A stretch of 63,155 bases of DNA, filler included, from Reclinomonas americana ATCC 50394 (lineage: Eukaryota), in NCBI GenBank assembly GCA_048213135.1. It is 11 parts of 11 records of this genome, joined end to end, with 100 filler letters (N's around TTAATTAATTAA, not from the genome) between each part and the next. Parts side by side here need not be neighbours in the genome. Positions count along the whole stretch, not along the records: positions 4,077 to 21,617 come from AFZH01017125.1; positions 21,718 to 35,180 come from AFZH01017128.1; 9 more parts are not named here. One strand, given 5' to 3'. Both the position numbers and the translations under genes were made by a program. Below, piece after piece: positions 12,201 through 24,700 of this stretch (within the stretch, counting starts at the first letter, position 1; every line of letters starts with the position of its first letter). The notes beneath the pieces are model-generated. The model saw only the letters and a program-made list of their open reading frames with translations, searched no databases and had not been told where the DNA came from.

Positions 12201-15200
12201 CGTACTCCGACTTCTTCAAGCTCCATGGACGCCGTCTTGCCTCCTCCAGTGATGACCAGTTCGCGCGTACCATGCGGAATGTCCCAGCAGTACGGCATCG
12301 TAGACTTGGGCGGCAACGCCCACTGCAACTCGCACTCCTGCAAATCGAACAAGGAGAGCAGACGCGTCACGTATCCGTCAATCGCAAACAGGCTGCGCCC
12401 AGTGACATCACGAAACTCGCTGCTGCAGATACATGGGCACATCGGTCTCGTTGAGGATCTCGTACTCGGGAGTATTAGCAGGGTCACGGAAGGCGATAAA
12501 CTTGGTCGATTGGTCGAGCTGCACAAGGATGCGCACAAACGAGAACCGGCTCTCCGCCGACATGCGCGGCCTCAGTTTCACATCGAACTCGACCTGGCCA
12601 GCAACCGTGAATTGCGTCGACCTTGAGGGGGGAGAGGCATGCAAGTCAGTCGAAGCACGGTGATACAGTGTCTGCAGGCGCGCCACTCACCAGTCCCAGT
12701 CGCCATCGTCGGCGAGTCGCAGGCTCAGCATCTGATCGTCGGCGTTTGCCGGGTTCCAGTGGAAGTCGACCCACTCGTCCGGCTCCACACGCACGACATG
12801 GTCCTGGGATGAAAAGGGCAGTGCCAATATAAGCCTCTCGCACTGTCTCGGACGACAAGGATCACGCAAGAAATATACACACCCGCCCGCCACGCGGCTC
12901 GCAGATCTCGACTGCCATCTTCAGCTTGTTCTGCAACACAATGTGCGACCGGATGGACACGATGCGCGTCCGTTGATACTGAGAGGCGCAGTTGTGGCTC
13001 ATTGAGTTTCTCTACAAGTCACAAGAGGAAATTTGCTTCTCGTCCATGCCGTACCATGCCAGTGGCCATGTACATGGAGCACGCAAACTTGAGCTCCGAC
13101 TTGGCGGCCCCACGACCTGCGTTCAGTGGGCACGCAAACACACCAGACGTTCCGGCGCTGTCGATGGAGAACGGCTGCCCTCGCCACCACACATGTGTCA
13201 GACATGTCCACAGCACAAACCACCACAACACGCGTCCGTACCTCTGACTTGCAGTCCAGTCCCTCAACGTTGAAGCGCACACGATGTCCCTCCTTGCGGT
13301 CGCGATAGGAGAACAATTGAATGTCCACGGAGTTCTCGTCTTCACGGCCCTCAGGAACCACGGGAATGCGGTACTCGGTTCCTGCAACAACAATAACGAC
13401 GTGAGCGATCACACGCACGAGCCACCGCTGATGAGCAGGCCAGTTGTTGTCGCTAACCAGATCCACCAGCCATCAGGCGACGTCCCGACTTGCCGTGGAA
13501 GAGCCGCAAGTCGGATTGGCTGCGATTGATAATCCAGTGACTCACGTACATGACACACGTCAGTGTTCCGCGACTCCTGTCATTCCTGTCGAATACACAA
13601 AGGTGAGTGAAGACCGAGGGTGGGAGGACTGCAGTGTCGCCGCCACACACGCAACTCGTAATCGAGCAGAATGTCGAGCTCCAGACCACTCCTGTCCACC
13701 ACTGTGGCACGGTCGGCGACGGCGTTGCGACGTGGGTCGCGAATGCACACACGCTGCGCCGCATGAAAGTCAGAAACACGCTGAGAAGTAACCTCTCTCT
13801 CCTGCACACACACACTCACCGCCTTGGGCGTCCAGACACCCGGCTCTGGCCGAAGAGCCGACTGCACCTGCACTGGCTGCACGGTGGCCAGAATCGAGTC
13901 CGCGCGACCGGTTTCGCACACATCGACACGACCGCCAGGCGCCACAATCTGCTCATACAGCTTGTGTCCGGACGAGTCGAGCAGCTGCAGCCACACGGAG
14001 CACGGGAGAATGTTCTCCAGCGACATTAGCGGCGCCACAACCATCTTGTAGCATCGCGTCTTCACAATGTCACCGGCCATCGTGGTGTACGTGTGATGCT
14101 TGCTAATGACACGATACGAGAAGCTGCCGGCTCGACCATTATCGCGCACGTATTCCAGCGGCATCTGCATCGCAAGCAAATGAGCACAGACATACAAGAA
14201 GAAAATACGAAACACAACGCGAATTCGCACCAGATTGCCGACACTGTCCAGGTTGAGGATGCGCCGCAGTTGCTCCTGGGCCGGGTTGCGCGTGGCATCG
14301 GCCGGTGAAATGCTGAGCACCTCCGTGCGCGTCGTGAACGACGTGGGGAACAAGAAAATCGGCAGCGCATGTCGACCGCCAGCAGCTGCACACACAACAT
14401 GATGAGCAAGTGTACGCTATTGCGAGGTCACACTGCAACGTAAATCTCACCAAGACGCTCAACGCGATACGGACGACCGTTGTGACCGGCGACCGAGAAG
14501 GAGATGGGGGCGCCCGTCTGGTTATCGATTTCAAACTCAGATTTCATCTCCACCACCTTGGCTCCCTTCTCCAGCGTAATCTGCACGACGGGAGTTGAAT
14601 TAATAGGGAGAGTGTATGCAAATGGAAGGCGAGCAAGCCAACGCAACATCCAACACGAGAAGGACGTCGCCCTGCAACGGGTACGTGCGGATGCCCATTC
14701 CACCGAATGACACACCCGGAATCTGCTCAAAGCCGTCCACAAGCACATCGAACTGCGTCTGCGCCGTGGCCTGCACACACAACACAATCGTGAGACGACT
14801 CCACCATAGGTACAAGAAGAGGCGTACATAGCCAGCTGTGCGCACCTCCAAGCCAACGGCGTGATAGTCGAACGTGAGTCCCAGCTGGGAGCCGGGATTC
14901 ACTCGGTGCTTGGTCTGTGTGGCCCGAAGTTGATTGAGTACATGCATTCAACGAGCAACACAAAAGTTCGCTTCGAGCCCATACCGATCCATGCGCCACA
15001 CGGGAAACAATGGTGGGCAGACCGGTGTGATTGCGCACGACGAGCGGGAAGAATTGCTGCGTGCCGGCCGGAGCGTCCACCTGCACCGCCTTCTTCAGTC
15101 CCTCTCCCCACAAAGCTGCCGTCGTCAGCGCCGTGTCGATCAATGCATGCGTCAGATTGACGTCGAGTCGGAACGGAGAAGTGACCAGGATCGAAGTGCG

Positions 15201-18200
15201 TGTGCCGACAGCCTCTGTGGAGAAGTGCACGTGAGGACAAACGCACGTACAACACATCCATGTGACAACATACCGCCAGCGGCGGCAGCCTGCCGCGCCT
15301 CGACATCGGCACCAATCTCCTCGATAGAAGCGGCGGCACCACTCGGTCTGCGTATCGCGATCAGACGAGAGCCTGTGTCACACTCAACACACACACTGCG
15401 TGCACAAACCCTTCGTTTTGCGTAGGCGGTCCAACCTGCGCCAACTCGCGCTGTTGCATCTCTGCAAACTCCTCCGGGACCGACTTGATCAGATTTCTCG
15501 GACCGTGCGACATCTGGGCGCACACACACAGAGCAAAGCATGAGGACACACAAGCAATCCATACGCCGCCGACACACATAAAAGGCTGACCATGATGCTG
15601 CACCACCACGGCTCGAGGAACGGCTCCCACGCTGCGACACGTGCGTTGAAGTAGTAGCCCTCGATCTTGAACTCACCGGCACCGTAGAACTGCACACAAT
15701 GGATCAGTCAAACTCTCACTGCGCAGCACGAACAAAACACAAGACCACAAAAAAATGCAACTGTTCCCATCACTGGCGTCGGCGTGCCGAGTTCTTCGTG
15801 AGGGCTACGCGCCGCCAAACTAATGTTGTGAATCTGGAAGTCGAGGAGCGGCAGATCGCATCCTTGCGAGTTGTCCATCATGCTGAAGCGGAACAGCGGG
15901 CAGTGGAATCGCGCGTCCAGCGACTTGATCTACAACACAGAACGCAAACAACTGGTGAGCTCGTCGTTCCACACACCCACCTGTCATGCATGACAACATC
16001 ACCATTTGCAAGGCAGAGCCAGATGCCGCCTGTCCAGCCGCCGGCACAATCGACGTCTGAACCGTGGCTGACGATGTCGCCTCCGCGCCCCGGTCGCCAG
16101 TGAACGACGCCGGCAATGCAGTACCGGGTCCTGGTGGCACGGTTGCCGGGTCGGCGGTGTCCTGATCAAACACCGGCTGCCCGCCCACAGTAACGGATGG
16201 CGTGACAACCGAGAGGGAGAGGTCGGTCCAGGCCTGCAGCGAAGGATCGATAGAGGCCGCCACCGCAGCCGCGGCCGCCTCTTGCACCTTGGGCTGTGCC
16301 GAGAGCAGCTCTCCGAGTGCCTGCATGCGCGTTTGCGTGTCGCCGAGAACAAACACCACCAGCTCCACGTCTCCGTAGGCTGTTCGGAATGTGGTTGCAT
16401 CGAGCTGGATGCCAGCCACCACAGCAAAACGTGGTGTTTGCGCGCCTGCTGGCGCTGCAGCGGACGCAGAGGGGCCGCTGCTCCCTGTCGCGGTGGACGA
16501 AGAAGTTGGCGTGCGCGAGGAAGTCGCTGACGATGCCGCCGCCGATGCACCCAGTGTGCTTGTGGTGGTGGTGGTGGTGGTGCTGGTTGTCGTGCTGCTG
16601 ACCGTGCCGGTGACCGAGGGCGTGTCGTCGTTCGGCACCTCCTCCGCGGTGATTGAGGCGCGGAAAGAGATCGGCTCCAGGATCTTGGAAATTTGGTCCA
16701 CTGGCAGCTGTGCACATCAACGAAACGATGAGTGAGACACAGTCATAAAAAAAAAGAACCCCATGGAGTGCAGTGCATAGACACACCTGCGAGTTCGCGT
16801 CGGTCACATACGCCGTCAGGTCCACCAGGTTGGCAAACACGTCGTAGCGCGCGGGATTGTTCTCAATCGTCAACCGCAGCTTGGCATCCAACGTCAGCAC
16901 CAACACGGGCGAGTTCGCCTGCATTGAGTTGCGGTAGAGACGAATCACCGGCTTGACCAAGTTCAACTTGAAGATCATGTTCCTGCATGTGCACACGCCA
17001 CGTCAGTGTACGCTCGAACAAACCAATGAAAGCTGGTACATGCGAGGCCACGCAACTTGGCGGCCTTGGCCGCGGCAGCCTTCTTGGCCTTCTCCTCTTC
17101 GCTCGTCGATTCAATGGCTGGCGCCTGCGAGAGTGCGACACTGCCTCGGGCAATGTACTTTTCCTCCAGTCGAGCACGACGTGCCGCCATGTGGGCCTCG
17201 CGTCGCTTCTTCTCCTTGTCGAGGAACTCTTGTCGCTGGTGGCGTGCCGTTTGGAACAAATGCACACGGTCCATCAGACTCAATCCTGCACACACGCGCA
17301 CACAATGCACGTCAATCGATAGTGGCAATGATTTCGGCTCAGCGGGGAGAGCAAACCAGGAATCGGCACTTGCTCGTGAACCACATCGTTGGTGACGAGA
17401 GCAGTCGCCTGTGCACGGCCACCGCACAGACACAGGGTGGCAAACGTGCATGTGTCGGCGTACCGCAGTCGCACGTTGCTGAACACGAGTACCTGCATCA
17501 CCACGCATGCATGAGGGTGGCGACATGGAAAAGAAACAAGACAGGTGAATCACCTTGCCGTCGGGCACAAACACGAGTGGTACAGACGGGTTGGTCACGC
17601 CAAACACCATGGTCAGGCCATTGCCGTTCACAGACACGCGGCTCACTTGCGCGAGCGGATCGACAAACAAGCGGCGAGACGGACCCAAGAAGATGTCCTG
17701 TCACCATTTTTTCAAGGGCAGTGAGTAGCTGCGTTGCGGGCATGCGTGGAGACCGTCACATACCTCGGTCATGTCCAAGTCGCCACTCAGTGTAATGTCA
17801 CCCGGAACAAGTGCCAGAGACATCGAGGTGCGTGACCCGGCGGCCGGAGCACTGGCACTCGGGCCAGCAGCAGCGGAGACAGCGGCCGGTGGAGCGGCCG
17901 GTCGCAGACCCAACTCCTGCAGGCCGCGTTCCAGAATCTCGTTTGTGTGACTTGTTGGCACAACCTCCGCAGAATCAGGAGCCATGCCCTCGATGGCGAA
18001 TCGCTGCGCACCAATTTAAGCATGCGTGGTACATACAGAGAAGACACAATATATACTTACCGCCACTTCGATAATGAACTCTGGCACCAGGTTGACCTCG
18101 AGGCGACGGAAGAAGCCCTCGACTCCCATGCAGCCGACATCATCAAAGTGAACCGCCACCTCAAGCATGGGTTTCATCTGCAGATGCACACGCCATGTGA

Positions 18201-21200
18201 GTGACATGAATGTGACCCTCGACGCCCCAACCATGCCGCACCTGTCCATCCGACGACACGCGACCCGTATACTCGATGAGATTCGGGAAGCAGTTGCACG
18301 GTCGTCCGTCCTCGAGAGGGAGACGTGTGTCGCGCAGTGACACTGACTGCATCGATGCGGTGATGCACTGCGCACTGTTGGCCCACTGGATGACAGAGGC
18401 ACGAATCTCGTGCAGCGCAAACTCGGCAATCGGCGCCGATCCATCTGACCACACACACACTGTGTCAGTTACCATCAGAATCTGTCGCCTCTCCCTCCAC
18501 AACACACCTGCATGACGTGCCAACGACAACGACACCGCCTCGAGTGTAACGACCACGGCCATGGTCTTGCGGCTGGTGAACTTGTTCGGATCTGTGTGGC
18601 GACAAGACAGTGAGTCTTCTGGCACGCAAGTATCCAACAGCGCGTGACAAGTGCGTCGCAACTCTGCTTCGCGATCATGGCGCGTTCAGCCGCCAAACCG
18701 GCGAATGCGAAATCGTCGACTTCCTGTGGCTCGTCCTCTGCCACGTCGGGCATGTACAGTTGCTCCTCGCACGATGCATACGAGGCGTCATCGGCGGTCG
18801 CGTCGTCATTCTCCACCTCTACAGCACATGCACGCTTCAGCCATAGAAAGGGCACAAGACGCACAGATGCGGGGCTTGTGCGAACCAACGTGCTCGTACG
18901 CCGCCAGTTCCGCATCCAGCTCGGCCTCAGTCTCCAGCGCGGCCACACTCGTTTGCCTGGCGACCAACGAGCAACGTCAGTCGACTCGCAACACGATGTA
19001 GGAACTGCTTGTCACGTACCAATCGCTGAACGGCGACTCTTCGTCGCCGACCACCTCGATGACCACCGACGCATTGAAGTTGTAGCCGGCGGCAATCACG
19101 TTCTCGTCCAGGATCCTCAGCAGCAGTCGGTACTGCGTGTCCGTGATGCTGGCCCGCAACGCACCAATGTTGACAATAATGTCCTTCAGCGGAATCTCCG
19201 ACTCCAGCGAGCCGACTGGAACCACCGTGCGAGTGGTGTCATCGGCCTCGGTCGGAATGAGACTGCATGCGAGTAATCAACGACTGACACAGTGCAGGCA
19301 CTCGAACAACGCAGATGCCACCCACTTCTTCATCAGGACCTCGAGCGACAGCTCCTCCAGCAGCGGCTGCGCCCTGTCGTCCGCAGTGAATGATACAAGC
19401 GACACGTTTTGCAGCTTGACATTGAGGATGTCGGTCCATCGCGTCTCCTAGTCGGCCCCACAAGCACAATGAGACAGTCTGTGGGCGATGATGCAGAAAC
19501 ACGCACCCGAGTGCACGCAACAGAGGGAGTAGAATCGCGCGGAATGACAGCGATGGAGTTGGTGATGAGCAGAGTACCGAGGCTGGCCTCCACACGCTCC
19601 TGGCTGTGCGAGTTGCGCGGGATAATCACCACAGGCGAACTCAGCTTGATGTCCAAATGCGTCAGCTCGGTCGAACCCCTGCAGCGGCGACACTGTCACA
19701 CACGCATATTCAAGAAAGTGTGTGACACGCCAAGCAGCCACGCACTTGGAACGCTCTGATGCCTCCTGATACGCCTTTTGCGCAGCGACCGCCGAGTCTT
19801 GGGCGGCCTTGGCCAGCGCCGACTGAATGGGCTTGATACCGGCCAGCACCATCTGCAGGATGTGCGAGACGACGTTCCACAGCAGAATGATCTTCATACT
19901 GGACATGCGGGCGCGCACATGCGTCGTGTATCGCGGCTCGCCTACCGCCACCACTTCGCCCTTTGGTGCCGCCCTGCAGATGGAGAAGACAACGTGAGTG
20001 GAAAAGACTCGTTTTCCAAGATCTGTTCTCGCACAGCACGCAACGACTTCTCAAACATGAATGTGACGAGTGCCGAGCGAGTGGGATCGGCAATACCCAC
20101 CAGTTCGCGGTAGTGTCCACCAATGTCACCATACACAGTGAATTGCATGTTGCCAAGAGAGCCACTGCGCGCGACATCGCCGAACGAGTCAGTCATCAAC
20201 AACGACAAAAGACAGTGATAAGCAGGACGCACTGGGCCTTGACGGCATCGCCGTGCAGCTCCACCTCGGCCTCCATACGCGAGAGGCGAGTGACGGCGAA
20301 CTCGGTGACAAAGTTGTCGATAAAGGCGAACTCGAAGGCACCCAGCCGGACGCGCACACTCAGCAGTGACGGCGGCGTCTCGGCCACCTTCTCCACAATG
20401 GCACGAGTGCGCGCCACTGCCGATGGCGTCGGCGACATGGTCTTGGCCACTGGAGATGCATGTGAGTGCGCGAAACAAACTAGCACACGTGTGTTACGCT
20501 TCAACGTAGTGCCTCACCGCGCACGACACGGACCGCCTGGTTGTTGGCGTCGTGTAGCATCTGCTGCACACTGCGAATGATGGGCGCCAGCGTCTCCGGG
20601 TGGAAGCGCAGGGCCAGCGACGGCATCTCCGCGACCACATCCATGGACGGCAACTGCGCGCGTGCGGTAGCGATTCAATCACAGCGCGGTCGGAAAGAGC
20701 GATGGGAACAGCCACACAAACCTCATCCGGCGCAGTCGGCGATGTCATGGTGATCTCAATCATCACGGCTGCCGTGTCCTCGTCGGGTGGCAAGCACGAC
20801 ATTGTGAACGGGTGGTTGACTAATGCGAGCAATGCAGTGCGATTAATGAGCGAAAAGTAGCAGCAGCAGCAGCGTTGGCGACAGCAATAACAAAACGATG
20901 CGGATCTGGGCAGCGTGCGCGGTGCAACAAATCCTCCAAGTACATCGCTCCCATGCGGAAGTCAAAGACCTGACGGGAACGACGCATGACGGCCGAGGCC
21001 ACAATGCGACGGATGCCGAACTGCAGAAGCGGTTCCAGATTGACACGACGCCGAGCTAATATCGCACGCAGCGAGTCAGCGTTCCCATCGACGCAGACAA
21101 TAAAGAGGGGGAGGATCGCACCTTCGATCGTGCGCGAGAAGCGAATGGAAACGAGCGGCAAATAAAAGTTGGCGTCGAACAGAATCTGCTCCAGGTTGAC

Positions 21201-21617
21201 GACCGCGCGTGCCATGGACGGCGAGCCGACGGCCGACACCAGAGCCGACGATGACCCGCTCGACGCGGCAACCGCGCGATCCACTCGAGCAGCAGCCTCG
21301 CGACTGCGCGCACACAACAGCACACATACATCGTGTTAGCACACCAATTGCCAGTCACACACACACAGCATCAATTTGGGGGGAGACGCAACTCTACGCC
21401 ACCGACATTCGGGTTGAGATCGATCGGTGCCGACGGGCCCATGAGATCGATGAAGCGCGGGCACGCGGCACGCAGTCGCACGACCCACTGCCAGCGCTCT
21501 TGTTGCGACGGCGCAATAAACGTACGCACCGAAGTCTCACGCCGCTTGTTGGCCTCGGTGGCGTTGGTGACTTTTGGTGTGCGAATCATAAACTTGGTGG
21601 ACAGCGGTTCGTCCACA
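9274..21617 (-). CDS. VPS13: VPS13-family bridge-like lipid transfer protein, many exons, N-terminus lost in gap
   Basis: DIKLSSPVVIIPRNS, YFNARVAAWEPFLEPW, VAB-like repeats (PLVVRNHTG, PYEILNETD, PYCWDIP), IQIDNQL, YKYIGFLLQEM, the ATG2_C-like GSIDILGNPVGLVTNLGTGVRDFFVEPAKG...GVAGFFKGVGKGLVG..KPVTGAVD..RLRNPR, and a C-terminal PH-like segment. Stop near 9274. Confidence 0.96.
11340..11635. repeat. Polypyrimidine (CCCTCT)n tract in a VPS13 intron
   Basis: Directly visible ctctccctctccctctcc runs between two VPS13 exons. Confidence 0.8.
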
Positions 21618-21717
21618 NNNNNNNNNNNNNNNNNNNNNNNNNNNNNNNNNNNNNNNNNNNNTTAATTAATTAANNNNNNNNNNNNNNNNNNNNNNNNNNN
21701 NNNNNNNNNNNNNNNNN

Positions 21718-24700
21718 GCACAGTTCCTCGAACGCGGCCTTGGTTTCGTTCTGTTGACGCACCCACACGCGTTTCAGGCGATAGCGATCGAGATCGAGAC
21801 GCGAGATCTCGTCCTCGGGTTGATTCTGCGACACACTCTCCAACGTAAGCAGCTGTGCGTGCACGTGACGATCTCGATCGGCAAAGAAACACACACACAC
21901 CTTTCGTCGCCGCTGCTCTTCTCGGTACACGTGCGTCACGTGGAAGATGCAGTAGCAGGTGGCGAGACGAATCCACTCGGAGCCAAAACGCTCTTCTGGA
22001 CCCGTGGTGTCGACGCCGTCCACCAGCACCTTGTACGTTTCCAGCCACTCGGACTGGTTGAATGGATTCGCCACCCAGTCCTCCTCCTCAAAGTAGAACG
22101 GATCCACCGAGCGAGCGAGACGACGACACAAGCCGCGCGCCAGACGACGCCGAAGCATGATCCAGGGCATTTGGTGATTCTCGTGGGCCACTAACTGGTT
22201 CAGTTGCGTGCGCAGCAACTCATTGGCCTCGAAGACAAAGCCCTCGCGGATCAGCGCGTCGCTCATGGACAGTGTCACCCACGCGCCGAGCTGTGTTCCG
22301 ACCATTCACGTCGTGAGACAGCAACACTTACTGAAACCAATAGAAGCGCACACGTCGTCTCACGCACCTCGTGCGTCATGAGTGGTGCCACGTCTTCGCG
22401 CATCAGACGCAGTGCATCCTGCGGCGACGTGGTTGGTGCGAGCTCTTCGTACTTGGAACCCACGTATGCTGGCTTCCAGGCTGTGCACGGTTCGACTTTT
22501 CAGAACACCGCACGTTTCTGGCTGAAGAATGACGGGGAGAGAAACGCAACAGGTTCGATGCCTAAAGTACTCGCCCAGATGCACCCAGTACAACGAGTAC
22601 TTGCGCCAGTACTGTTGCACACGAGTCAATACACATGCGACGACGGAAGCACTCAACACTCATGCTGTGCACGCACCACCAAGTCGTAGCGCATGGCAAA
22701 CTCGTAGCCAGTTACCGACAGTGTGTGCAGTCGATCCCAGTCGGCCAAGAACACCAGCACGTACGCAGCATGACCATAGAAGAAAGCCTTGGACTCCACG
22801 TGGTCGATTTCGTTCACGAGTTTTTCGCTGCAGTGAGTGACGAAGTGAGCGAGTGCGTCAATCCTTTGCCGAAAACCGCAGATGCGAACCATTGGTCGAG
22901 GCACCGCTCGGCGCCCTTGTAGTTGCCCATGTGCGCATAGTTCTTGCCCATCATGACGTATGCGCAAATCATGGGATCCGTCGCACGCGAGTACGTGTAC
23001 ACCAAGTGACCGTGCTTCGAGAAGTCATACAGCTCCTCCAGTCGCGAAAACGGAGGAATCGTGCGCAGGGGGTCGCCGATGCGTGACATGAACAGGACGG
23101 CCTGCATTGTGTGTGTGTCGTGAGCACAAATCGAGCACAAGCCCTGGAGAACGAGCATGCTGCACTCACCGTGCGATAGTAGTCAATGAGGCGGCGCTCA
23201 TCCTTGATCTTGTCGACAATGGCTGTCAGTTTCTTCCACGCGTCCTCGGCGCTCTCCATGCGGCCATCGGCAGCCGGTTGCGAAGTCTCCACCAGCCACA
23301 GCGTTGACAGTGCGTCGTACTTGAACTCGTACAGCATGTTGCCGCCGACCTGTGCGAGAATGTGAGAGTCATGCGCGCGTCGTGTCACACAGTAGAGACT
23401 CACCTCCGGGCACGTTTCCAGAATCTGCAGGGCCAGCACAAGTGCGGCCTTGGCGTCGGCCAAATTGCCGTTGACGAGCAGTGTGCACTGTGACATGAGG
23501 CACAGCAAGTGGAACTTGGCAGCCTGCAGTCCGGCATGCTCCGCTGTGAACTTGACAGTGAGATGCAGCGACGAACAAGAGCGAAAACACATAGTGTGTT
23601 GGCTGTCGTTGACGCACGTTGGGAGCCGACCCACAGCTCGAGCATCGAGACGGCCTTGGTCAGCACGGCCATGGCAGTGCGATGCTTGGAGATGCTGGTC
23701 AAGGCACACGCGTGCTGGAACATGCACTGCAGCACGAAGAACAGAGTGTCGAACATGTCGGGCTCTGCAAGTGCGACGCACGCCGAGTCAGTGTTCTCAG
23801 TCGACCAGCCAAAGTGGAAGAAGAGTGTGTGCGCGCAACTGCTTGCCAGAAGTGGCTCGCCAGAGCGATCGTTTTCGCCCATAGTCAGACCGAGCTGTCC
23901 GTGCATGGCCAGAATGGAAAGGAGTGTGTGCTGATCCTCGCGATGTCGCTCGAGCCACATATCGACATCGGTCTGTCCACGAAGTTAAACAACAGCGCGA
24001 CGACACCCGAGAGGAAGAGATGGAGTGTCCACACACCGGCAACTCGGCAGCGAACAGCTCCAGAATGCATCGATGAATGTTGGCGCGATGCGACGGCAGC
24101 GTCTGGTGATACAGCGAGAATGCAGTTGTGCTTTGTTTGAACTCGAACGTCGGCACCACCTGCGTTGTTGTTTTTGATCCCGCATGTGAGATTTCTGTCC
24201 ATCAACGAGAGGCGTGTCACACGTACCTTGATCTTCTCCATCGAGGTCTGTCGCACACGCGCCTTATTGCCCAGTTTGCTCGTCACCGATCGCAACACAT
24301 CGGCGCCGCTCGGCTTGCTCCCCGGTGGGTCTCGACGGTCGACCGTGTTGGACTGATACTTGATCTCTCGACGCGAAATGAGAATCTTGCTGTTGACGGC
24401 GTTGTTGAGTGCCGTGAGCACGTCCTGCTCGGTAATGTCGGCGCGCGCCGAGTCGCTCCGTGTGATGATCTCCTTGATGGTGGCCGCGCGGAATGCATGC
24501 TCCAGGCCAATAACACAGGCCACACGAAGCACCTGCTGATCAGATGCCGACAGCTCGTCGAACTGCTGCTCCACAGACGGGTCCAGTTGGTGCGACACAT
24601 CAACCAGCGTCTTGTGGTCGTTCGGTGAAAACTGCGATTGATCGAGGGCGCCGTTGTCAGTCTCCTGCGATTCTGACAACATCACGCTTGGCAGAATGTA

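Noticed and set aside
21371..22305. Possible cyclase-VPS13 fusion, since both are minus-strand and open at the same gap
   Set aside because: Gap size is unknown and must hold the missing VPS13 N-terminal chorein region. Two separate genes is simpler.
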